A stretch of DNA of 64,000 bases from an uncultured bacterium (GTDB lineage Bacteria > Planctomycetota > UBA1135 > GCA-002686595). The translations under genes and the position numbers were made by a program. Under the pieces are notes generated by a model, which did not search any database, had not been told where the DNA came from, and saw only the letters and a program-made list of their open reading frames with translations. This document shows positions 1-8,677 of the stretch, piece after piece. Numbering within the stretch: position 1 is the stretch's first letter; each line of letters opens with the position of its first letter. The DNA is taken from positions 6,245 to 70,244 of the forward strand of contig CALBMX010000107.1 in the NCBI GenBank assembly GCA_937896235.1, read 5' to 3'.

Positions 1-1291
1 AATAACGCCCGTATTCCTGTATCTAGGCTCGGGATTCTTTGATCCGGGCTCTCCGCTGGCCGGGCTTTTTATGGGACTTGCGGCGGGAACGTTTCTGTAC
101 GTCGCCGTCTGCGATTTGCTGCCAGAAGTTTTTCACGGCGAGAGGCGCCTTCCCGAAGCCGCTGCACTTGTCTTGGGGGTCGTCCTGGCGGGGGCCGGCG
201 ATGGGGATACGTTCCTAGTGAATGCCGGAGTCGCGCTGGTGGATGTTTTCCTCGAGATGTCGGGCTGGCTTCTCTTTGGCTTCGTAGTCGCCGGAATCAT
301 TTCGCAGTGGTTGAACCCCGAGCGCTTGAAGCCGTGGTTAGCTGGACGCAACCTGAAGAGCGTTGCGGTCGCGTCGCTTGTCGGGGCCCCGCTGCCACTG
401 TGCTCCTGTTCCGTTCTCCCGGTGGCGATCTCCCTCCGGCGCGCCGGGGCAAGCCGCGGCGCAACCTCGGCATTCCTTATTGCGACCCCCGAAACGGGTG
501 TGGACTCCGTCGCGATGAGTTACGCGCTGCTCGACCCGTTCTTGACGATTGTGCGGCCTATCGGCGCGATCTTCTCAGCGATCGTGACGGGACTCCTAGT
601 CAGTGTCTTCGAGGACAAGGACGAGTTAGATCCAGGCGCTGCGGAGACTGACAAGGAGGTGGGGTGCCATGACCATGACCACAGTCACGAACACAGCCAT
701 GACCATGCGCCTTCGCCCGTCGTGAAGCCCAGCTTCCGTGGTGCCATCCGGTATGCGTTCGTGGACATGATGGATGACCTCGCAGGTGCCATCTTGTTCG
801 GGCTTGCAGTTTCGGCAGGAATCTACGCACTGCTCCCAGCCGAGCTCTTCGAATTACCCGTGTTCGATGGAGTCTGGGGTTATCTGGTCATGCTGCTGGT
901 CGGTATTCCAATCTACGTTTGCGCATCGGCGTCGACGCCGATTGCCGCCGCGATGATCCTCAAAGGCCTGAGCCCAGGCGCTGCCGTCGTTTTCTTGATG
1001 GCCAGCCCCGCCACCAACACGAGTGCGTTATTGGTAATCTTGAAGGAGCTCGGAAGGCGAACCCTATTCATCTATCTGGCCGGCTTGGCACTCTGTACCT
1101 TGTTCGTGGGATGGGCCGTTGACGCCGGTTATCGGGCGTTGGATCTCACCCCGACCTTTGAAGGCAGCGTTGACGGGCACGAGCATGCGGGATGGTTTTC
1201 GATCACTGCAGCGGTTGTGCTCGCGGTGCTGCTAGGGATCTCCCTGTGGCGCACTTCTCGCTCAGATCAAGAAAAGAGCTGCTGCGACTAG
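1..1291 (+). CDS. Metal transporter, 5'-partial: ZIP-like C-terminal helices fused in frame to an ArsP/DUF318-type permease (SO_0444-like Cu/Zn efflux family) with a His-rich loop
   Basis: The frame is open from base 2 with no stop upstream of ATG 71, so the CDS runs off the left edge. GLAAGTFLYVAVCDLLPEVF resembles the last TM helices of ZIP/ZupT transporters. From about nt 215, PLPLCSCSVLPVAISLRRAG and SAFLIATPETGVDS match the predicted-permease family. The His-rich loop CHDHDHSHEHSHDH lies at nt 665-708. Confidence 0.7.
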   Translation, partial: ITPVFLYLGSGFFDPGSPLAGLFMGLAAGTFLYVAVCDLLPEVFHGERRLPEAAALVLGVVLAGAGDGDTFLVNAGVALVDVFLEMSGWLLFGFVVAGIISQWLNPERLKPWLAGRNLKSVAVASLVGAPLPLCSCSVLPVAISLRRAGASRGATSAFLIATPETGVDSVAMSYALLDPFLTIVRPIGAIFSAIVTGLLVSVFEDKDELDPGAAETDKEVGCHDHDHSHEHSHDHAPSPVVKPSFRGAIRYAFVDMMDDLAGAILFGLAVSAGIYALLPAELFELPVFDGVWGYLVMLLVGIPIYVCASASTPIAAAMILKGLSPGAAVVFLMASPATNTSALLVILKELGRRTLFIYLAGLALCTLFVGWAVDAGYRALDLTPTFEGSVDGHEHAGWFSITAAVVLAVLLGISLWRTSRSDQEKSCCD

Positions 1292-1440
1292 CCGATTTCG
1301 ACCCGATTGTGGGACGGATACCACGCAATAGGGGCGATGGAGCTAAAGGGTCTTCCCTGACCTCGATCCCCGGCCTAAGAGTCTGATTCCCAAGCTCTAG
1401 ACCCTGCCACAGGTAGTCTCTCCAGTCCCTCGCGCCCCCT

Positions 1441-4400
1441 ATGCGAAATCGCTTTTTTGTCAGCCTCTTCACTCTATTTTGCTGCTTACTCGGAGCGCCC
1501 GAGGCCGGTGCGCAAGAGTTTTGGACGGGCGCGGTTTCGACGTCTTGGTTTGATGGAAACAACTGGCTGAGCGGCCAGGTGCCTGACGCCTCGACCAACG
1601 TGACGATTGGCGGGGCTCCGCTTCTCCCGGAGATCTCTTCCGGAGTCGGGAGCGTTGGGGACATTGACGTGCTCGCGGGGGCGACGGTGACCATTTCGGG
1701 TACGGGTACTTTAGAGACCCACGGCGCGGTCCGGTTGCTCACAGCGGCTGGTCAAACTGGGGTGTTCAACTTGGACACGGATACGACAGCGCTCAAGGTT
1801 AATGGAGCGTGGACTCAAGACGATGCAGCCGCCGTCGTTAGCAATGGTGGGCGCGTCGTCTTTGAGGGAGGCGCATCACTCGGAGGCAGCGCCGTCGCCA
1901 TTCCTTTTGCGCGGCTGTCGACAGGGACGACTACTCTGCTTTCGAATGTGTCGGTGGAAAACCTGGATGCGACAGGAGGAGTTTCGGCTGGTGCTGGATT
2001 CGCTTGGGAGTTTTCCGCGCCCACGGCAACTCTAGCGAGTGGTGCTCAGCCCATTCACTTGGTTCGTATCAGCGCGGGAGTGGTGACTGTGGGGACCTCC
2101 GTCATCCAAGAGCTTGAGCTGACCGGTGGAGAGATGTTTGTCAATATCGCGAGCGATGTGCAGTTCGCTACACGTCTTGAGCTGATCGGTGGAAAGGTGG
2201 GCTTTGGGAATCTCAGCACCAGTGTCCTTCGCGTGTTGGGGGACTTGATCTGCGGGAGCGCCGTAACCTGGGGGTCTGGCTACGTGGACATGGATGGGCC
2301 AGCTACGACGATTAGTGGTCCGGGTGGCACGACCGGCCACATGTCTCGATGCCGCTTGAAATCGGGCTCAACGGCCCTGCTTACAAATGTTGAGATCGAT
2401 GCCTGGCTGGGAAATGTCGGTGGTGCTACTACCGGAGAATGGTTTGAAATGGTGGGATCCTTTGCGTTCCTCTCCGGCGGCGGCAACCTCCATCGACTTC
2501 GCATCCTGTCGGGCTTGACGAATTCGTTCAACTGCAGTGCAGACGAGTTCGAGCTGCAAGGAGGAACTTTTAGCGTTGTCGGCGGCCAGACGTTTAACGC
2601 GGGCGTGAGTGCCGATCTCGTTGGCGGCAGCATGGCGTGGTCGAATCCGATCTCCGCAAATTTCCGATGCCAAGGCACTTTGATCGCCAGCTCTGGAGTG
2701 ACCTTCGGAGACGGATTCATTGATATGGATGGGACGACTACGATCTCTGGACCCGGCGGTGGACCAGCTCGAATCGGCAAGCTGAGGCTTTTTTCGGGGG
2801 TTTGCACTCTTTTGGCACCTGTGCAGATTGACTTTGAGCTCCAGTCCGCTGGCGGAACATCTGCGGGGGACTGGTTCGAAATGGTCGGTACAGATTCGAC
2901 GATTAGTTCCACCTCGGGCTCCTCTCACCAAGTCCGAATCACCGGTGGAAAGTGCTCGGCCGATGGAGCAACCGTCGACACATTAGAGATCACGGGCGGG
3001 ATCTTGGAGGTTCCCTCAGGTGAGATCATGACCGTCACGGGTGACGCGAATTTCCTCGGTGGTCAGCTGCAATTTGCAACGGATCTTTTTCCTACCGCAG
3101 CGCGCTTGGATGTGCTCGGCAACGTGGCTCAGACCGCCTTAGCCGGGGCAGCCACGATGAGTAGTAAGGGAAGCCTGCGCTGCATGGGCACCTGGACAGC
3201 TAATGCGGCGCTCGATTTGGGAGAGAGTTTTGTTGAGTTCGGAGAGGGCTCATCCGTGACGGGACTTGTGTCCGAGTTCCACAACGTTCGCATTCCGGCG
3301 GGGAGCACTCCCGTTAGTCTCCTCGCGCCCGTCCGGGTGTCCGGTCGCTTAGAGAGCGATGGTGGGGTCACCCAGGGACAGTGGTTTGAGATGACCGGTC
3401 CTAGCGCTGTGCTCGCGACGACCGACGACTCTCTACATGAGGTACGTATCCTGTCGGGCGTGACCACGGTTGAAGTAGCGACTTTGGATAAGCTGCAACT
3501 TCTAGGTGGCGAGCTTACTGTGCCTGCGGGAAAGACCTTGACGATCGTAAACGCGCTCGAGCTCCTGGGTGGCACGCTCGCCATGGATCCGACCGACTCC
3601 GGGACGGATGCTCGGATCATTGCTTCGGGTACGGTGACGCAGCTGGGTACGGGAGCTGCCCTGACGACGGGATCCGGTGGTACCCTTCGGTGCGACGGGA
3701 TCTGGCTTGGGAATGCCCCGATCGACCTCGACAAGAGTTTTGTTGAGATGGGGCCGAACTCCACAATCATTGGAAGTGCGGTCTCGTTCGGGCGCCTGCG
3801 CTTGGCCGAAAATGCGGCGGTTAGTTTGAATGCATTGGTGCCCGTGACCACGGAGCTCGTCGCGGAGACGGGATCAAGCACGGTTGGTTTCTTTGCACTT
3901 GAGGCCCAACCTGGTATTGGAAATACGATGGCCTTTTCTGGTGAAGGGCAGATCAGCGAACTCTCGATTGTGAACGGTCGTGTGGATGCGGCAGGTGCGC
4001 ATGTTGGGGTGCTGAAGTTACAGGGCGGGGTCTTTGCGGCAACGGGAGTCGGTCCCGATACGGAGGCGGCGTCCCTCTCCTTGGAGGGCGGCGAAGTTCT
4101 CGTCCGGGAAGGTGCCACCCTCTTGGTGACGGGTGACGCAACCCTGACCTCGGGATCGGTCGGTTTCGAGGTGGACGCGGGTGATGGTGCGGGCCTCGAC
4201 GCCATATTCCAAGTCGACGGCAGTGTTCATCAAATCGGTGCAACGGCGGCTGTCACAACGATAGCCAATGGCGCTCTGAGGTGCCGGGGGCTATGGACCG
4301 GAGACACTCCGATCGATTTGGGGCTGTCGAGGGTCGAGCTCGGGAGCGCCTCTGGAAGCACCTCCATTGGCGGTTTAGCGCCGGGATTCGGCAATCTGCG

Positions 4401-7400
4401 CATTGTGGATGGCCTGGTGACCTTGACTGTCCCCGTCCCCGTCACGGGGCGCTTAGAGTGTGAGTCAGGGACTTCAACTGGAGACTGGTTCGAGTTGGGA
4501 GGGCCAGCGGCGGAGCTGGCATCTGGGGAGAATAGCTTGCACGCCGTGCGGATCGTAGCGGGCGTTGTTCTCGGACTGGATAGTCAGGTCGAGGACATGG
4601 AGCTCGTAGGCGGCGAGCTGCTCATCGACGCCGCGAGCACCGTGACCGTGAATCAGGACCTTGAGATGATCGCCGGAACTTTGGCGTTTGCAAATGACCT
4701 TGGCGCATCGAGCGCGCGTCTCGAAGTGCTCGGGAATGCGCATCAACTTGGGACCGCACCGGGAAGTGTGAGTCACAGCGACGCCGTGCTCTCCGTCGCC
4801 GGTAACTTTATTGGTGATGGTCCGTCCGTGTATGGCAGCGCATGGATCGAGCTACAGCCCGGTGCGCGCCTCCTCGGTTCGGCCCCCGTCATCACCCGCC
4901 TGCGAATTGCCGGGCCTAAGGTGCAGGCTGCCTTTGGGCCGCAACCAGAGCAGGCAACCATCGCCGTCGGTGTCGGTGTCACGCTCGACTTTACCGTCGA
5001 AGTCGGATCGAGATTACTTGTGGAGTCGGGTGGCCTCGTCCTTCTCATGCCTTCGACGCTGATCGCTGGCGAGCTTGAAGTTGCAGGTGGGACTCTCTTG
5101 GGGTTGGGTTCGACAACGACAGTGACGGTGAGTAGCACGGGCCGGTTGGCTCTACTCGGAGGAGCGGGCTCACCTGCGGAGGTCACCGGGTTTGGCATCG
5201 GTGGTTACACCTTGCAGATTGACGGAGAGCTCGCCTGCCGCAATTTCGCCTTCAGAGATATGGGGGCAAGCGGAGTGGTCGTTGGGCCCGGTGCGACGAT
5301 TGGCAAGGAGGGCGTGCACGCTGGGGTATTTGATCGCGGCTTAGGAGTTGCCGGTGGAGTCCTCTTGGACTTGCAGATGCCCGGGACCTACGACATGGTC
5401 GGAATCGACTTTGTCGGACAGGGTGGCGATAGCAACGCTAGGCGACTCGCAAATCCCGGTTTAGGCGAAGTTACGTTTCACGCTTATGGAGGGGGAAGCG
5501 GTGGCGAAGGCGCAGAAGACGACCCTAGCCAGTCGCCGACAGGAGATCTCGACGGGCTCTTGGTTTGGCAGATCCTAGGGCACGCAGATTTGGCCGCGCT
5601 GGACATCTCCAGCGATGAAGAGACCGTTTTAGGTTGGCCGTTGAACATCGACTTTTCAGTCATTGACCAGGGAGGCGTGACGGCAACTGGTCCCTGGACC
5701 GATCGTCTGATTCTGACGAGTAACGACATCGTGGGAGATGCCGATGACGTCTTTCTAGCGGAATACGCTCACCCGGGCGATGAGCTCTCCGGCGGGCTCT
5801 ATCAAATCCTGGATGCTCCGCTGCTTCCCTCCGTGGAGGTGGGGACTTGGCAAGTTGCTCTCGTAACGGATGCTAACGATGCGGTCGATGAGCAGCTCGT
5901 CGAGGAAAACAATACATTGCTTTCCGCGCCGTTTGAGGTCTACGCCACTCCAAGGCCAGACTTGCTCGCAGGTGGCATGACGGGTCCGGCCGCAGCGACG
6001 GATGGGGAAGTGGTCAGTGTGAGTTGGACTGTGTTTAGCGATGGACTCGGTCCAGCGGTGGGGACCTGGGAAGACCGGGTGTACCTCTCCGACGATATGG
6101 TTTGGGGAGGGGACTTTTTACTGAGTAACTTTGCGATTGCCGTGGGAGAGGAGTCCGGCGGGTTTGCCGTGGGGACCTCCTACACGGAGATACAAGACGT
6201 CACTCTCCCCCTAGGTATTTCGGGTGACTACTACTTCATCATTCGGACGGACTCGGTGGACGATGTTAGCGAGGAGACAGACGAGGACAACAACGTCTTA
6301 GTCCTTGATACGGCGGTCACGGTGACCCAGTTGGACCTGCCGGACTTGGTGGGAAGCTTTGAGCCAGTTACGTCCCCTCTTGGCGCGCTGTACATCAACT
6401 CCGCAGTCGATTTGAATTGGCTTGTGACGAATGATGATGCAGACGTAAATGGCCTGGGTTCGGCGAATGGCCCCATCCATACACAGTTTTGGTATTCGAT
6501 CGACAACATCCTTGACCCGCTTGTCGACACCCTGGTTTTTGCCCATCTGCATGAGGGCCTTGTGGGCCCCGGCGGAGATTTCGGCGAAGTGCAATCGATC
6601 GACCTGCCTTCGCTGCCCGGGACATGGTGGCTGTTTGGCGAGACAGATGACCAGGCGGCAATAGCGGAAGGTGACGAGTCCAATAACAAGTGGGAGGCCA
6701 TCCTCAATGTAGCCGCAACGAGCTGGACGGGCTCCGTGGCAACCACCTTTGTCGAAGGGCTCTCCTCAACGGGCGTTGGCACACAGCCCATCACGATGAC
6801 TGGGCAGTCGACCAAAAAGGGAACCGCAATCCTCGAACCCAACGCGGACTTGACCGTGCGCGTGCGCCGTGGGGACACGCGCCGAGTGTTCCCCGTGACG
6901 ACAAACGCGCTCGGCGCTTACACCTTTGTGTTTGAGCCCATGGTGGGTGAGGCCGGACTCTTCGAGGTGTTCTGTGATCACCCCGCAATCGAAGAAAACC
7001 CCTTGGCACCCCAGGCGAGCTTTACGCTCGTGGGTGTGCACCCAACTCCAACGAGCTTCTCCAAGGTGTTGATTACCGGGGAGCTCGTGCCCATCTCTAT
7101 CGGCCTTGACAATCCGGGCGAGCTTCCGCTCACAGGAATCAGCGCGACGGTGACCGGCGTGCCAGCCCACCTCTCCATTTCAAATCTAGTTGTCCCAACG
7201 GACCTCGCGGGAGGCGCAGGTGATGTGCTGTCATTCGATCTGACAGCCATCACCGATTCCCCTACTCCAAGTGTAGAAGACCTGCTGACAATCGACATCT
7301 CGATGGATGTGGCGGGACTCCCGACACTTGCGGCGAGTACCACGGGTGCAATCTGGGTGACCTCTTTTGCGCCGTCCATCTCTGCCCCCGACATGCCCAA

Positions 7401-8667
7401 AGCACTCTCGTTGTCAGCGACGGAGACGACGGGGCTCACCTTCCACGTTGTGAATAGTGGAGGCGCGCCCGCTACGGGTGTGACGGTCGCGATTGATAGT
7501 GCGCTCGACCACGGGTTGAGCTGTTTTACAGTAGAGCCCTTTGTGCTCTTGAGTCCGCCGAGTCTTGGGACCTTGGCCCCCGGTAGCTCCGCCGCGATCG
7601 AGCTGGCCTTTATGCCCGGCGACTGCACGGCACTCTCCGTAGGGTCCTCGGTTTCTGGATATCAGGTCACGGTGACTAGCGATCAAGGTGTTGATGTCTT
7701 TTCGGTCAACCTCAGCGTTGCCGCCAATCCCCTTACAAGTCTTAGCGTTCGTGTCCAGGATGTAGCTACCTGGTGGCACTCCGGTGGATTTCCACTGGGT
7801 GGTACGGGGCCCCTTCTCACAGGCGCCGAAGTTGTCCTGACCGGTTCTGATGGTGTACAGCACTTTCAATCGACTGCAGTCGGCGGGATTGCACTCTTCA
7901 GTCCTCTGGCCCCGGGGACGTACGACGTCTCTGTCCATGGGCCGCTAGGCGCGAATACCCATGGCTCTTGGTCGGGTCCCATCTCTGTTTCTAAAGGGCA
8001 AGCAACCCTGGTGAATGCGTATCTGCCAGCGCTTGATGCATCGTATCTGATTACCGGAAACGAGCCGTTTGGCGCTTCTTTGGGAGAGCTTGATTTTTCG
8101 AGCTCTAGCACGGCTTCGAATTTGCCTCAGGCCAGCCACCTAGAGATCACGGGTCAACTCCTCGACTTGGAGATGGCGGTCGGTGAATCGAAACAGTTCG
8201 ACCTGACTCTGAAGAACCTAGGCGGAGCTCCGGTCTTTGGAATGGAGCTGATCCTTCCGGATCTCTCCGACTTCGACGTGACCTTGGAGTACGCTTTCCT
8301 TGGCGACCTGTTAAAAGGGGAAAGTACAACTGCCGCGATTGTTGTGACACGCACGGGTCTTGGCAATCCATGCGATCTTGGAACCGGTTGGGGAGTGCGC
8401 TCCTATACCTTCGGAGATCGAGCGATTTGGCGTTGGACACCACTCTTCCTAAGTGCTCCTGATTCCGCTGGGTGCACTAGTTTTGTTGTGGGGGGCGCAC
8501 CGCCTCCCAACCTCCCGACACCCTCAGCGTCTCCCCCCACGGGCCCGCCGCAGTTGATGGGGCCAGGAGTGCCCCCGTTGCTGGGAGCCGGTTCGAATAA
8601 TGGAGCCGATCCCCTAACGCCTCTCGCTCCTGCCCCCGCCGTCTTTACCTTCCCACTGGGGTCCTGA
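1441..8667 (+). CDS. Giant secreted surface/adhesin-like protein (2408 aa): six novel tandem modules, three CARDB-like domains, Ig-like segments and a Pro-rich tail
   Basis: Sec signal MRNRFFVSLFTLFCCLLGAPEAGAQE. The N-terminus FWTGAVSTSWFDGNNW is typical of PVC-type giant surface proteins. CARDB-like units end in EENNTL, EDNNVL and ESNNKW (nt ~5580-6700). This is one uninterrupted 7.2-kb ORF, and all antisense ORFs within it look like GC shadows. Confidence 0.85.
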   Translation: MRNRFFVSLFTLFCCLLGAPEAGAQEFWTGAVSTSWFDGNNWLSGQVPDASTNVTIGGAPLLPEISSGVGSVGDIDVLAGATVTISGTGTLETHGAVRLLTAAGQTGVFNLDTDTTALKVNGAWTQDDAAAVVSNGGRVVFEGGASLGGSAVAIPFARLSTGTTTLLSNVSVENLDATGGVSAGAGFAWEFSAPTATLASGAQPIHLVRISAGVVTVGTSVIQELELTGGEMFVNIASDVQFATRLELIGGKVGFGNLSTSVLRVLGDLICGSAVTWGSGYVDMDGPATTISGPGGTTGHMSRCRLKSGSTALLTNVEIDAWLGNVGGATTGEWFEMVGSFAFLSGGGNLHRLRILSGLTNSFNCSADEFELQGGTFSVVGGQTFNAGVSADLVGGSMAWSNPISANFRCQGTLIASSGVTFGDGFIDMDGTTTISGPGGGPARIGKLRLFSGVCTLLAPVQIDFELQSAGGTSAGDWFEMVGTDSTISSTSGSSHQVRITGGKCSADGATVDTLEITGGILEVPSGEIMTVTGDANFLGGQLQFATDLFPTAARLDVLGNVAQTALAGAATMSSKGSLRCMGTWTANAALDLGESFVEFGEGSSVTGLVSEFHNVRIPAGSTPVSLLAPVRVSGRLESDGGVTQGQWFEMTGPSAVLATTDDSLHEVRILSGVTTVEVATLDKLQLLGGELTVPAGKTLTIVNALELLGGTLAMDPTDSGTDARIIASGTVTQLGTGAALTTGSGGTLRCDGIWLGNAPIDLDKSFVEMGPNSTIIGSAVSFGRLRLAENAAVSLNALVPVTTELVAETGSSTVGFFALEAQPGIGNTMAFSGEGQISELSIVNGRVDAAGAHVGVLKLQGGVFAATGVGPDTEAASLSLEGGEVLVREGATLLVTGDATLTSGSVGFEVDAGDGAGLDAIFQVDGSVHQIGATAAVTTIANGALRCRGLWTGDTPIDLGLSRVELGSASGSTSIGGLAPGFGNLRIVDGLVTLTVPVPVTGRLECESGTSTGDWFELGGPAAELASGENSLHAVRIVAGVVLGLDSQVEDMELVGGELLIDAASTVTVNQDLEMIAGTLAFANDLGASSARLEVLGNAHQLGTAPGSVSHSDAVLSVAGNFIGDGPSVYGSAWIELQPGARLLGSAPVITRLRIAGPKVQAAFGPQPEQATIAVGVGVTLDFTVEVGSRLLVESGGLVLLMPSTLIAGELEVAGGTLLGLGSTTTVTVSSTGRLALLGGAGSPAEVTGFGIGGYTLQIDGELACRNFAFRDMGASGVVVGPGATIGKEGVHAGVFDRGLGVAGGVLLDLQMPGTYDMVGIDFVGQGGDSNARRLANPGLGEVTFHAYGGGSGGEGAEDDPSQSPTGDLDGLLVWQILGHADLAALDISSDEETVLGWPLNIDFSVIDQGGVTATGPWTDRLILTSNDIVGDADDVFLAEYAHPGDELSGGLYQILDAPLLPSVEVGTWQVALVTDANDAVDEQLVEENNTLLSAPFEVYATPRPDLLAGGMTGPAAATDGEVVSVSWTVFSDGLGPAVGTWEDRVYLSDDMVWGGDFLLSNFAIAVGEESGGFAVGTSYTEIQDVTLPLGISGDYYFIIRTDSVDDVSEETDEDNNVLVLDTAVTVTQLDLPDLVGSFEPVTSPLGALYINSAVDLNWLVTNDDADVNGLGSANGPIHTQFWYSIDNILDPLVDTLVFAHLHEGLVGPGGDFGEVQSIDLPSLPGTWWLFGETDDQAAIAEGDESNNKWEAILNVAATSWTGSVATTFVEGLSSTGVGTQPITMTGQSTKKGTAILEPNADLTVRVRRGDTRRVFPVTTNALGAYTFVFEPMVGEAGLFEVFCDHPAIEENPLAPQASFTLVGVHPTPTSFSKVLITGELVPISIGLDNPGELPLTGISATVTGVPAHLSISNLVVPTDLAGGAGDVLSFDLTAITDSPTPSVEDLLTIDISMDVAGLPTLAASTTGAIWVTSFAPSISAPDMPKALSLSATETTGLTFHVVNSGGAPATGVTVAIDSALDHGLSCFTVEPFVLLSPPSLGTLAPGSSAAIELAFMPGDCTALSVGSSVSGYQVTVTSDQGVDVFSVNLSVAANPLTSLSVRVQDVATWWHSGGFPLGGTGPLLTGAEVVLTGSDGVQHFQSTAVGGIALFSPLAPGTYDVSVHGPLGANTHGSWSGPISVSKGQATLVNAYLPALDASYLITGNEPFGASLGELDFSSSSTASNLPQASHLEITGQLLDLEMAVGESKQFDLTLKNLGGAPVFGMELILPDLSDFDVTLEYAFLGDLLKGESTTAAIVVTRTGLGNPCDLGTGWGVRSYTFGDRAIWRWTPLFLSAPDSAGCTSFVVGGAPPPNLPTPSASPPTGPPQLMGPGVPPLLGAGSNNGADPLTPLAPAPAVFTFPLGS
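1870..4930 (+). repeat. Six divergent tandem protein-level repeats (145-200 aa each) inside the giant CDS
   Basis: The landmark motif recurs at aa ~188, 333, 478, 648, 817 and 1016 as FAWEFSAP, EWFEMVG, DWFEMVG, QWFEMTG, GFFALEA and DWFELGG. Each is followed by LH-x-VRI-x-G, L-x-L-x-GG and (L/F)RC-x-G-x-(W/L), with the Cys lost in the last module. Confidence 0.6.
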
Positions 8668-8677
8668 GGAGTCCAAC

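Noticed and set aside
1815-8443. Numerous long antisense or off-frame ORFs inside the giant gene, for example 3129-4205 minus (358 aa), 2280-2912 minus and 6978-7628 minus.
   Set aside because: They are Arg/Pro/Ser-rich, low-complexity translations typical of shadow ORFs in GC-rich DNA. The plus-frame 7.2-kb ORF has coherent repeat and domain structure.
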